DNA of 64,000 nt from a virus: the IMG/VR virus record IMGVR_UViG_3300027861_000010, one strand, 5' to 3'. The translations under genes and the position numbers were made by a program. The notes beneath the pieces were generated by a model that was given only the letters and a program-made list of their open reading frames with translations, was not told the DNA's origin and searched no databases. Positions 37,475 through 46,569 of this stretch are shown here, piece by piece (the first letter of the stretch is position 1; each line of letters opens with the position of its first letter).

Positions 37475-37939
37475 ATGGGTTACACGCACTATATGAATCA
37501 AAAGAAAGAGATCCCACAGGAGAAGTGGAACGAGGAAGTTATCCCCGCCGTTAAGGCCATCATCGAGACCGCCACGGAGAAGTGGAACATTCCGATTGTT
37601 GGGCCTATCAGCGAGCAGGACACATTTCCGGAGTTCAACAACGATCGCATTATGTTCAACGGCATTGGCGAAGATAGTCACGAAACCATGGAAGTCCTGC
37701 GACAACCGCGAGAGTTCTACTTCTGCAAGACGGCCCGAAAACCGTACGACGCTGTCTGCGTTGCGGTGAATGTGTGGTTGGAGACTTGCTTTAAGTCGTA
37801 CTTCTCCTGGAGCAGCGACGGCGAAGGAGAAGATTACAAAACTGAAGGTGAGCGTCTGCTTTACGACACCTTCAAGTTTGAAGCTCTCAACCGCCGCGGA
37901 CTCATCAAAGCCCTCAAGGAGAAAGTTGCAGCAGCATGA
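37475..37939 (+). CDS. Phage hypothetical protein (MGYTHY family)
   Basis: MGYTHY...FNG..EDSHET...FCKTARKPYD..V...SSDG. Confidence 0.75.
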   Translation: MGYTHYMNQKKEIPQEKWNEEVIPAVKAIIETATEKWNIPIVGPISEQDTFPEFNNDRIMFNGIGEDSHETMEVLRQPREFYFCKTARKPYDAVCVAVNVWLETCFKSYFSWSSDGEGEDYKTEGERLLYDTFKFEALNRRGLIKALKEKVAAA

Positions 37940-38280
37940 CCAATTGGTACGCTTACCGTTGGGTATGTGACAATTGTCGGGCAGTTTATTATTATGATGC
38001 TGGTATTTGTCGCAGGTGCGGCTGTAAGAATCTTGAGAAAAAGGTCAACAATCAGAGGCTCGTAGATGAGCTCAAATCTGGAAAGCGACCTCGTAAGACT
38101 TACGGCCCTGAGAATGTGGAACGCGAAACTGATCATGGGCCTCAGAACCTTAAAGAGCCGATCCATCCTCCTGAAGAGGAGGATGATGACTTGCTGGGTA
38201 AGTCCGACGGTGAAACAGTCCAGCAATCTGAGGACCCAGATGATCTTGACGACATGATTAACGATATCCTGGAAGGGTAA
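37936..38280 (+). CDS. Zinc-ribbon protein with acidic tail
   Basis: CDNC...CRRC; D/E-rich C-terminus. Confidence 0.6.
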   Translation: MTNWYAYRWVCDNCRAVYYYDAGICRRCGCKNLEKKVNNQRLVDELKSGKRPRKTYGPENVERETDHGPQNLKEPIHPPEEEDDDLLGKSDGETVQQSEDPDDLDDMINDILEG

Positions 38281-38287
38281 AACAGCA

Positions 38288-38608
38288 ATGGAGATTCATG
38301 GAGGACCTGAAAAACGCAGGAGGCGTAAACCGGCTGACCCTGAATGGTTGGCCTTTATGTCGGATGACGACAAAGAGGCTGAGCGAATCAAGGGCTGGCA
38401 GTCCGTGTCCCTAGCGGATGTTGGGCTGCCAGTCCGTTTCGTTAACACACTCGAAGAAGACGGAATACTGACCGTCGGAGGCTTGTGCCAAAAGACTGCG
38501 GAAGATCTCCGCCAAATCCAGAATTTAGGGGAGATCACCATCAAGAAGTGCACCAAACTGCTGGACGAGCTTCGGCTCCCAAACAGGCTGCATGAACATG
38601 GACCCTGA
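38288..38608 (+). CDS. RNA polymerase alpha subunit CTD-like protein
   Basis: SLADVGLPVRFVNTLEEDGILTVGGLCQKTAEDLRQIQNLGEITIKK matches the alpha-CTD consensus (L.VR..N.L....I.TV..L......L..I.NLG.KS). Confidence 0.8.
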   Translation: MEIHGGPEKRRRRKPADPEWLAFMSDDDKEAERIKGWQSVSLADVGLPVRFVNTLEEDGILTVGGLCQKTAEDLRQIQNLGEITIKKCTKLLDELRLPNRLHEHGP

Positions 38609-39374
38609 AGTACTGGTTGTCATCCCGACGATCGTCGAACACTCGAAGAAGTACCACCTGTTGGATCGACTTTGGCATGAACCAAACGTCGCCACGGTGA
38701 TTGTCGTCGACAATGGGGATTGTTTCGGTATTCCAGCGAAGAAGCAGAAACAGTGGAGCAAGGTCTGGCATGTTCGCCCGGGCTGCAATATGAACTGGCT
38801 CCATTCCAACAATTTCGGAGCTACGATTGCCCTGGAGCGGAACATTCCTTTCGTTTGCTTCATGAACGACGATGTTCAGCTCTCGAAGCCCTTCTTCCCG
38901 CAGATGTTGAAGACGTTTGAGAATCACCCTGACGCTGGGGTTGTCGTACCGCGGTATAACGGCAGCTTTGGCGATAGGGCCAATCATCCTGCCAATCCGC
39001 GGCATTTCGAGCCAGAGGACGCCGATACAGCGGTCAAGTGGGTCGACGGCACCTGCATGATGATCTCACAGCAGACCCTCAGAAGTGTAGGGCTGCTCGA
39101 CCCTTGCTTCAGGGCTCCAGGATGGGCCGCAGACGTCGATTACAGCCACAGGGCGTCAGAGGCCGGATTTGGGCTCTACGTGAGCCACAGAGCGATGCTG
39201 TGGCACTTCCGAGGCCACGGAGGCCTCTCGGCCACTCAAGTCTACGGAGGACGCCGTGCGTGGGTCGCTAACGGCCTCAAACAAGCCAAGGAAGACCTGA
39301 GGACCAAATACGGACCTCACTGGCGTGACGTGCTTCCCCTGCCCCGAGATGCCTACGGCGGCAAAGGCGGCTAA
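38592..39374 (+). CDS. Glycosyltransferase family 2
   Basis: VVIPT, IVVDNG, NNFG, FMNDDV, VDGTCMMI, GWAADVDYSHRA, HRAMLWH. Confidence 0.85.
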   Translation: MNMDPEVLVVIPTIVEHSKKYHLLDRLWHEPNVATVIVVDNGDCFGIPAKKQKQWSKVWHVRPGCNMNWLHSNNFGATIALERNIPFVCFMNDDVQLSKPFFPQMLKTFENHPDAGVVVPRYNGSFGDRANHPANPRHFEPEDADTAVKWVDGTCMMISQQTLRSVGLLDPCFRAPGWAADVDYSHRASEAGFGLYVSHRAMLWHFRGHGGLSATQVYGGRRAWVANGLKQAKEDLRTKYGPHWRDVLPLPRDAYGGKGG

Positions 39375-39392
39375 TTGTAACCCCCAAGGGGT

Positions 39393-39745
39393 GATAACGA
39401 ATAAGTCTACCAATTGGTAGACTTATTCGTCTCTACTCTCCTACGGAGAGTAGACTCACGCGTCACGTACACATAGGCCTTTTCGCGTCTGGTAGACATT
39501 GCAGGCGTCGATTTCTGAGGCTTCAAATCGTGTCACCTTTGTGGGTGATAACGAATAAGTATACCATGTCGAACGTGGGTCTTTCCCTCGCCTTCAAAGG
39601 TTTGGGTCTAAGTTCTTACGTGGCAACTGTTTATATCTAATAGAGAAGACAATCAGACAGACCCGGCATTTAGCCGGTCTGAGTCTACTCTCCGTAGGAG
39701 AGTAGAGACGAATAAGTCTACCAATTGGTAGACTTATTCGTTATC
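39393..39745. repeat. Perfect 66-bp inverted repeat (39393-39458 / 39680-39745), each arm holding a 34-bp palindrome and a 10-bp-stem hairpin
   Basis: Palindrome ACGAATAAGTCTACCAATTGGTAGACTTATTCGT at 39397-39430 and 39708-39741; TCTACTCTCC-TAC-GGAGAGTAGA hairpin; partial copy at 39543-39566. Confidence 0.95.
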
Positions 39746-39777
39746 TCCAACAACTTTCAACAACGAAGGAGGCTCAA

Positions 39778-40101
39778 ATGTCCCTCGAACTCGCACTCGA
39801 AGCTCGAGAATACGACCCAAGCCTGGTTTTCTCGAGCCACGGGGTATTCAACATCGACCAGAACGGTTTCGTGCTCACTTATGTACAGGACGGTCCTGAT
39901 ACGGAAGACACCCGACACATGCACACCGTTCGCCGATTTAACCTTGAAGAGCATCGGCGAAAGTACAAAAAGACTGACGTTGAGTTCGACATCCTCGATC
40001 TTGGCTACTGGTATCGAGAGGCTCCTGATGAGGGAGACAAATACGCTCAGCCCGCCCACGATTGGCGGAAAGATCGTATGGAGGAGGCTGCCAATGGGTG
40101 A
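39778..40101 (+). CDS. Hypothetical protein
   Basis: AAGGAGG RBS; 107 aa. Confidence 0.7.
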   Translation: MSLELALEAREYDPSLVFSSHGVFNIDQNGFVLTYVQDGPDTEDTRHMHTVRRFNLEEHRRKYKKTDVEFDILDLGYWYREAPDEGDKYAQPAHDWRKDRMEEAANG

Positions 40102-40885
40102 ACCTCTGAAAGGGACCGTGAGGCATACGTTGTCTAAAATGGATCCCCATCCAATTCAGTGGATCACTCGTAAGTGCATTCTGGAGCCGAACGATAAGGA
40201 CGCGAGAAAGCATTGGCATACCAGTGCCAGTGATATTCAACGCTTAATGCAGTTTCAGTACTACCGGGCCATCACCCGGTATCCGGAACGTCGGCGAGAA
40301 TTAACCTATGCGTTGAACTGCAGACCGAGCGGTTTCAAGACCGCTCCATACACTCAGGCCTGTAAGCTTAGACGCGTCTGTCCTTGGTGCTTCTCCCGAG
40401 GCTTGTTGTCGGTTTACGACGCCCTCTTGGAGCCGGACGCTAAAATCCAGAATTTACACAGTCTTCTGCTGTGGAAGCGGCGATTGACACCTGGGATCAA
40501 TCTGCCCTTCTTTCGACCTGATCGTGGACCTCACGCCTGGTGCAAGGCCCTTGTAACTGCCCAGATCGTGGTTCCGTTTTACCACCAACCTTCTGATGCC
40601 ATCATGATGGAGCACATCGGATTTCAAATTATTCCAAAGGACATTGATTATGCGAAGCTATTGAAACGCAACACCGTTCACCCAGAGTTGAATTGTATTC
40701 AACTCAAGTCCGCGACTCCCTCAACGATCGTCAAAGCCTTTGGAGTTTGTTTAAGCTTTAATTGGACTGACCTATACTTGAAGGCCAACCTGGACCGTTT
40801 CATTGAGTTACTTGACGGTTACAAGAATCAGAGAATGGTTCGAGTCAGCCGTTACAAACCTAAAGGAGAAAATTGTGGAGATTGA
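40094..40885 (+). CDS. Hypothetical protein with CKLRRVCPWC zinc motif
   Basis: GGAGG RBS, ATG at 40094. Confidence 0.65.
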   Translation: MGEPLKGTVRHTLSKMDPHPIQWITRKCILEPNDKDARKHWHTSASDIQRLMQFQYYRAITRYPERRRELTYALNCRPSGFKTAPYTQACKLRRVCPWCFSRGLLSVYDALLEPDAKIQNLHSLLLWKRRLTPGINLPFFRPDRGPHAWCKALVTAQIVVPFYHQPSDAIMMEHIGFQIIPKDIDYAKLLKRNTVHPELNCIQLKSATPSTIVKAFGVCLSFNWTDLYLKANLDRFIELLDGYKNQRMVRVSRYKPKGENCGD

Positions 40886-41429
40886 TTCACCTCCGTTCCC
40901 GAAGAACAGCACCAATCCAGAGCAGTTGCACAACTTTTTGCGAGACCTGTACTACTGGGTTGAGGGGAAAAAAGACTGGGCAAACATGGAGGCGTCTCGC
41001 CTGAATGCTCCCGAACAGCCCTACATACCGGACATGGGGCCTTACCCTTCGGAGGATGCTAACCGGTACTTGCAGTTGGCCGTGCCTGACATGTTTGTGT
41101 CATGGCAGGCCATGCGTGCAATCCGTGAGAAGTACGACGCGGTTGTGCGTAGTTACGAGGAAGAAGAGGCGTGGCTTTCTGACGCCTGTATCTTCCATCG
41201 GATCAACATCGTTAAATTGGCGGCGTTGCTTCTGACAATGGCCTTCCTGGATCGCGAGAAGCGGGAAGCCAAGGAGATGGAACTCATTAAACGTCAACGA
41301 AAGAGCATGCTTCAAACCCTGAAGAATGCTTTTGGTGACATTCAAGGACTTTTCTCGGGAGAGGACCACCACAATGACGACGACGAAATCGACTTTGACT
41401 CACTCTTCAACCCACCCGAAGGAGAGTAA
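40875..41429 (+). CDS. Hypothetical protein
   Basis: AAGGAG RBS and GTG at 40875. Confidence 0.65.
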   Translation: MEIDSPPFPKNSTNPEQLHNFLRDLYYWVEGKKDWANMEASRLNAPEQPYIPDMGPYPSEDANRYLQLAVPDMFVSWQAMRAIREKYDAVVRSYEEEEAWLSDACIFHRINIVKLAALLLTMAFLDREKREAKEMELIKRQRKSMLQTLKNAFGDIQGLFSGEDHHNDDDEIDFDSLFNPPEGE

Positions 41430-41439
41430 GTACAAACAG

Positions 41440-41739
41440 TTGCGGCCTCGTTTGTGTAGAGTACACGTTTCGCAGCCAGCGATTCGTGCGAACAATAAAA
41501 AGAAGCGGCAAGGTGAGGAAGGGTACGATCCTTGCATTACCGTTAAGCGAGGCAGCGAAAATGTTTACGGCCACGAGGTGATCATCTACGACAAAGAAGG
41601 CAACGTCGTGGCCAAAGTTGTGCAGCCGCGGGACAAGCAATTGTCCTGTGGTGCGAGAATATGGATCGAGTGCTCCACAGTGGTGGAAGTACGAGAACAT
41701 AAAGAAGACCACGATCTGGTCACAGAACTGTTGAGGTAA
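41440..41739 (+). CDS. Conserved phage hypothetical protein
   Basis: VHVSQPAIRAN...PCITVK...YGHEV...LSCGARIWIE pattern; start uncertain (TTG). Confidence 0.6.
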   Translation: MRPRLCRVHVSQPAIRANNKKKRQGEEGYDPCITVKRGSENVYGHEVIIYDKEGNVVAKVVQPRDKQLSCGARIWIECSTVVEVREHKEDHDLVTELLR

Positions 41740-41741
41740 CT

Positions 41742-42323
41742 ATGACGACACCACAAATTTCGATCAACAACGTAAAACCTGGAATTGTGGTTGTCGAAGA
41801 TTTCCTCAACAACCCGCACGAGCACCGTGAGTACGCTCTCGGACTCGACTACGAAAAGAAGGGGAGTTATGGAGTTCGCTCCGCTCCTCACCAATATCCC
41901 GAATACCGTGAGGCATTTGAGAAGATTCTTCAAAGACGCATCGTCGGATGGCATTCAGATATCAACGGATGTTATCAGTGGTGTGATAAGCACCAGGACA
42001 TCGTGTACCACGTTGATCTGCAAAGTTATGCGGCGGTGCTCTTTCTTACGCCTGATGCTCCTGTGGCGAGCGGTACTTCTTTTTGGAAGAGCAAGCACAC
42101 CGGGCAGAGGATTCACCATGGGAATCAGACCGGACTGACGTTCGGTCCCAATGGGGAACACCTCAAAGATCCAGATCAATGGGAGCTCGTCGATCGCGTT
42201 GGCAACGCGTTTAATCGGCTAGTGATCTGGTACGGACAATACATCCATAGTGCCACCGAGTACTTTGGGGAAGATGTCCATGATTCACGCCTGTTTCAAA
42301 TCTTCTTTTTCGATTGTGAGTGA
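41742..42323 (+). CDS. 2OG-Fe(II) oxygenase-like protein (DUF6445-like)
   Basis: VVVEDFLNNP, YHVD, AAVLFLTP, SGTSFW, NRLVIW...IHSA...RLFQIFFFD. Confidence 0.8.
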   Translation: MTTPQISINNVKPGIVVVEDFLNNPHEHREYALGLDYEKKGSYGVRSAPHQYPEYREAFEKILQRRIVGWHSDINGCYQWCDKHQDIVYHVDLQSYAAVLFLTPDAPVASGTSFWKSKHTGQRIHHGNQTGLTFGPNGEHLKDPDQWELVDRVGNAFNRLVIWYGQYIHSATEYFGEDVHDSRLFQIFFFDCE

Positions 42324-43049
42324 ATGATGACAACTGCAACAAGAAAGAAGCTCCAGCTGCATGTCAGCCTGGAGCATGATGGCGATACGGAAAGTCCGTT
42401 CGACAATGATGTGTTCAGCCTATGCTCTTTGTTCAGCGACGGACGTGGAGCGATGGTTGAGAAGATTGAAGAGTTTAGCGAAGCTGGCCGCGGTGAAGGC
42501 CGCAGTTGGTGGTGGGTGTCCTGTTATCGCCACGGCGGCGAGCATTGGTTTCTGGAAGGTGAGACACCTTGTGGAGCCGACCACTGGGACACGACCGGTA
42601 AGGCTGGAATCCTTTACCTGGACTCTGGCAAAGCTGATGACGTTGGTCCTTCACTTCAGGAAGATGCTGAAGGAATCCTGGAGGAATACAACCGATGGTG
42701 CAGCGGCGATTGTTGGCTCTACAGCGTCAAGGTTGAAGAGGAATTGCATCATGAGGGCTTATGCCCTTGCTGCGAGACACCTGACGTGAACTGGTACACG
42801 ACTGAGGTCGTGGGGCACGATAGCTGCGTAGGATTTATTGGTCTCGAGTACGCACTTGAAGAGCTGGCCAGTGTGTTGAAAAATTTTAAGGAAGATCACC
42901 CTGATGACCACCACCGCTATGAAGTCGTTATTAGCGGCGATCAAAGCGGGCAGGCTTACGAAGGCGATGTAGCTGAGCAAGTTCGCAAAGTTGGTTTTAG
43001 GGTTGTAGGAGACCCTGAAGATGAGTCAGAGAACTGCGAAGATCGTTAA
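42324..43049 (+). CDS. Hypothetical acidic protein
   Basis: 241 aa; YNRWCSGDCW...DSCVGFIG pattern. Confidence 0.7.
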   Translation: MMTTATRKKLQLHVSLEHDGDTESPFDNDVFSLCSLFSDGRGAMVEKIEEFSEAGRGEGRSWWWVSCYRHGGEHWFLEGETPCGADHWDTTGKAGILYLDSGKADDVGPSLQEDAEGILEEYNRWCSGDCWLYSVKVEEELHHEGLCPCCETPDVNWYTTEVVGHDSCVGFIGLEYALEELASVLKNFKEDHPDDHHRYEVVISGDQSGQAYEGDVAEQVRKVGFRVVGDPEDESENCEDR

Positions 43050-43575
43050 CTTTGTGTTCTTCATCATATTTTCGCTAGTGTGCTTCTTTTGTGGAGCACT
43101 CACGCAGTACAAGTACACCGGTTCGCAGGAACGCCCTGAAGTTGAGCGAATGGTAGCACTGCCAGCCTGTGAATATGAGTTGGACAACATTCGCGTCATC
43201 GACGGCGACACGATCGAGTCCGACATTTTGTTTCCGCTTGGGTTGACCCTGCGTGGCGAGTACATCCGGTTCTCGGATTTCGACGCGTGGGAGAGCTCCA
43301 AGCGGAGACGGTCGGTCAAAGTGACTGACGCAGAGGTCGTCAAAGGCAAGAAGGCAACAGCCCTGCTGATTGACCTGATTGAAGACAAAATGATGGTCCT
43401 CATGCTTGATCAAGGCGAGCGGGACAATTACGGTAGAATTCTCGGACGAGCGGCTGTATATGCCGATGATGGCTCAAGGACCGAGGTGATGACTTTCATG
43501 AAAAACAATGACATGTTGAGGAGAAACAATGAAAGAAGAGAAACCGATGACCCCAGCGGAGAGGAACTCGATTAA
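43021..43575 (+). CDS. Membrane-anchored thermonuclease (SNase-like)
   Basis: N-terminal transmembrane segment; RVIDGDTI, IRFSDFDAWE, RDNYGRILG. Confidence 0.85.
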   Translation: MSQRTAKIVNFVFFIIFSLVCFFCGALTQYKYTGSQERPEVERMVALPACEYELDNIRVIDGDTIESDILFPLGLTLRGEYIRFSDFDAWESSKRRRSVKVTDAEVVKGKKATALLIDLIEDKMMVLMLDQGERDNYGRILGRAAVYADDGSRTEVMTFMKNNDMLRRNNERRETDDPSGEELD

Positions 43576-44074
43576 GTATTTTGGTGAGTGGTTCAAGAAG
43601 TACAAAGGTGTGTCGAATCCGGTGGATTTGAACACAGAGGAGAAGTACAACTTCGCAATGGAGATCTGTGGAAGGGGTGAAGTTCGCTTCCTGGCACAGA
43701 TGCTGCGTGAACGTAAAAAGTCTAAAGTCATCCCCGGCGTAGGACGGACTTTTCCTCACACTCATTACGATTACTGGCACGAGAAAGATCCGAAGAATTA
43801 TCCGTTGGTGGCTAAGCCCAAAAAGCAAAATACCGTTGCGTTGGATGAGGCCGGGATAAAGCTGGCTGTTGAACTTCACGGACGCTTCTACACAAAGGCC
43901 CCTGGTTTTGATAACCCTTCAGACATCAATGATCCACCCAAGTACGCTTTCATGAAAGAAGTCGGATGGAAGGCGGCTGTCTTGATGCACAAGGCCAGGA
44001 AAGGGTCAATCTATGGCACTAAGGCAAAGCAATGGAAGGACGGTAAGTTAATTGACCCACCAACAACTAAATGA
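43529..44074 (+). CDS. Hypothetical basic protein
   Basis: AGGAG RBS; 181 aa. Confidence 0.6.
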   Translation: MKEEKPMTPAERNSIKYFGEWFKKYKGVSNPVDLNTEEKYNFAMEICGRGEVRFLAQMLRERKKSKVIPGVGRTFPHTHYDYWHEKDPKNYPLVAKPKKQNTVALDEAGIKLAVELHGRFYTKAPGFDNPSDINDPPKYAFMKEVGWKAAVLMHKARKGSIYGTKAKQWKDGKLIDPPTTK

Positions 44075-44321
44075 CGTCGGCGAGCACTGCATTGATTGCG
44101 GTGACTCTGTCGCCCAGGGATCGGGCAAGTACGTCAACCGCATTCCAGCGGATGACGGCGAGAAGTCAGGGTTTCTTTGTGCTGACTGTCAGTGCATGAC
44201 CTGCGACCGTTGCGACACTCCCACATTTGAGCCTCACACCATCGAAGACTTGATGGATGTGGAGCACGTCTGTGACGATTGTTTAACACCTAAAGAAGTA
44301 GAGGAATTGGCAAATGAATAA
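44052..44321 (+). CDS. Cys-rich zinc-finger protein
   Basis: CIDC, CADC, CDRC, CDDC; start may be ATG near 44071. Confidence 0.6.
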   Translation: MTHQQLNDVGEHCIDCGDSVAQGSGKYVNRIPADDGEKSGFLCADCQCMTCDRCDTPTFEPHTIEDLMDVEHVCDDCLTPKEVEELANE

Positions 44322-44341
44322 CAACCCCAAAAAAGACCCGT

Positions 44342-44710
44342 TTAGCTGCTGATGTGATTCATCTTGCAGTCTTTGAATTCTGACTGACCGGTTAGTTCGG
44401 CAATCTGATTTTTGATGGCGACTCTGGTACGATTCAGATCGCGGATACGAATGGCTCGGCGACCGACCTCTTCCAACCCAAGGTCGTCGTCGAGCCCTTT
44501 TCGTATATCGTATTCAGCGTCCCACATTTGGCCGTTGATTTGGTGCAGGTCGATGATCAGCTCCCTGAGCTTGATGTTGTCGACGTCGATACCGCTTTCG
44601 TAGTACTCAATCTGTTTTTGCAATCCGGCCTTGTCGATCTGATCGTCAGACAGTCGTTGTATCTTGAGTTGAGCGATCGTCAGGCGATCACAGAGTTCAC
44701 AGATGGGCAT
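44342..44710 (-). CDS. DUF6165-like helical protein
   Basis: ICELCDRLTIAQLK...INGQMWDAEYDIR...N.TR.AIKNQI. Confidence 0.6.
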   Translation of the reverse strand: MPICELCDRLTIAQLKIQRLSDDQIDKAGLQKQIEYYESGIDVDNIKLRELIIDLHQINGQMWDAEYDIRKGLDDDLGLEEVGRRAIRIRDLNRTRVAIKNQIAELTGQSEFKDCKMNHISS

Positions 44711-44761
44711 CGCAATGGGTTGAACTTCAGACACAATCAATCCTCCATGAAAGGCGGTAAC

Positions 44762-45877
44762 ATGAAAATACTGGTAACAAGTGACCTACACTTGAGCGAC
44801 AAAATTTGGAAACACAGGCCTATCGAAGGTGACAGCTACCACTCATGGCGACAGATCGTGAATCTTGCAATCGAACATGAGTGCGATGTTGTCATTCTAG
44901 CAGGTGATTTACTGGATAAGCAGACCAACGTATCAAATCCTGTGCAGGAATTGGTAGCGGGTTTGCGTCGACTTGAAAAGGCTCACGTCGAAGTTTGGTA
45001 CAACCAAGGACAACACGAGTACCAGGCCGTACCGTGGATGTCTCTCGACGAGGGCACCGTTTGGCTGGAAGATACAGGCGTCACAACCAGCAACGACTGG
45101 AACATCGCAGGGTGCGATTACCAGAACGCCGATGGTTTGATGAACTTCCTTCAGACGACCGCGGCACTACAGGCAGACATCTTGGTGTGCCATCAGGTCT
45201 GGCTCGAGTTCATGGGCGAGGAGTGCAAACCGCAAGGTTCGTTCGCCGATATCCCTGAGAATGTCCGTTACCTGATCACAGGTGACTATCACGATAACAT
45301 CTGTCAGAAGTTCGGACAGTTGACGGTGCTCAGCCCTGGTAGCACACACTTGCGTTCGATTAGCGAACCCGAGGACAAGTCCGTGTTTTTCATGGAATTG
45401 CCGGATGCTGGGCATCGAGCCAAGATCAGTTCCTGGCCTTTAGCTACGCGTCGACGGTTTGAGATCGACGCAAGCAAGGAGGATGATTTCAACGTACTGT
45501 TAGAGCAGATTGAGGGTCATCTAGGTTTGGCCGCTGATTATGCTGATGAGCAGAATCTGCCGGAAGAATTGAGAAAGCCGCTGATGCGATTGATCTACCC
45601 TCAATCTGAGGTTGATCTCTGCAACAAGCTCACCAAGTTGGTTGGCGACCGTGCCCATCTATTCTTCAAGCAGATCAAGTACGTTAGTCCTGACTCACTT
45701 GAGCCGCAGTTGGTTGAGCACATGGATGCGGAGGAGCGTGTCGGTATGCTCAATTGCTTGGACACTTACATTGACAAGAGTAAACAACCACTTACGCACG
45801 ACCTGGCGACCCAGCTTCTCGAAGCACCGGATCCTGAGCAGGCGTTGCATAAGTGGGTAAAGGAGCATGTGAAATGA
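44762..45877 (+). CDS. sbcD: Mre11/SbcD-like metallophosphoesterase nuclease
   Basis: SDLHL, AGDLLD, QGQHE, VCHQ, GDYH, SPGST. Confidence 0.88.
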   Translation: MKILVTSDLHLSDKIWKHRPIEGDSYHSWRQIVNLAIEHECDVVILAGDLLDKQTNVSNPVQELVAGLRRLEKAHVEVWYNQGQHEYQAVPWMSLDEGTVWLEDTGVTTSNDWNIAGCDYQNADGLMNFLQTTAALQADILVCHQVWLEFMGEECKPQGSFADIPENVRYLITGDYHDNICQKFGQLTVLSPGSTHLRSISEPEDKSVFFMELPDAGHRAKISSWPLATRRRFEIDASKEDDFNVLLEQIEGHLGLAADYADEQNLPEELRKPLMRLIYPQSEVDLCNKLTKLVGDRAHLFFKQIKYVSPDSLEPQLVEHMDAEERVGMLNCLDTYIDKSKQPLTHDLATQLLEAPDPEQALHKWVKEHVK

Positions 45878-46569
45878 ACCCAGAATTCGACGTTGTTGAT
45901 CTTGGAACCAAACACGGCAATGCCATTGATGAGTTCCGAAAAAATGGCAACATGTACCTAAAGCGTCAGACGCTGTTCAACAGAATCCAGCTATATCGGT
46001 GCGTCGGATATGAGCGACCTCAGGCGGAAAACTATCGCTCGATTGTTGAAGGGAAGAAGTACAAGTTTCGCACTGCTGATTTGGCAACAGACGAGGCGAT
46101 TGCCAAGCTGCCGATGGCTGAGGTCTACCTGGCCTGGCATTTCCTGGAACACGTTCCGAACAAGGACTGGTCCCGTAAACTGGTGCGTGCTTCATTGACG
46201 TACGCCCGACACTTGGCCTGGTTCCGCCTGCCAAGCTTCCAACAGGACGAACTGACAGGTGAAGGCGTGCTGAGGAAGCATGGCATGCGTTTCACTTGGA
46301 CCAACTGGCGAGGACATCCTTCTCACTGGTTGGTTGAGGATTGCAAAGATGCAATCGAGGGATGGGGCAAGGATGTGCCAGTTAGAGACTTTGATGTGAT
46401 AGTGAAGCCTGCGGGCTTCATCAAGAATATGGCTGATCATCGTGTGGTTCCCATCGACACACCGATCGACGTCAACAAGTACGAACCCAAACATGGGCCG
46501 AAACCGTTGCACGTCAAATTCAAACAGCCGATCGTTGCCGAATGGGAAGTGATCGTGAGGTTCAAATGA
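45874..46569 (+). CDS. Class I SAM-dependent methyltransferase-like protein
   Basis: VVDLGTKHG motif I-like; ADL; AWHFLEHVP. Confidence 0.65.
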   Translation: MNPEFDVVDLGTKHGNAIDEFRKNGNMYLKRQTLFNRIQLYRCVGYERPQAENYRSIVEGKKYKFRTADLATDEAIAKLPMAEVYLAWHFLEHVPNKDWSRKLVRASLTYARHLAWFRLPSFQQDELTGEGVLRKHGMRFTWTNWRGHPSHWLVEDCKDAIEGWGKDVPVRDFDVIVKPAGFIKNMADHRVVPIDTPIDVNKYEPKHGPKPLHVKFKQPIVAEWEVIVRFK

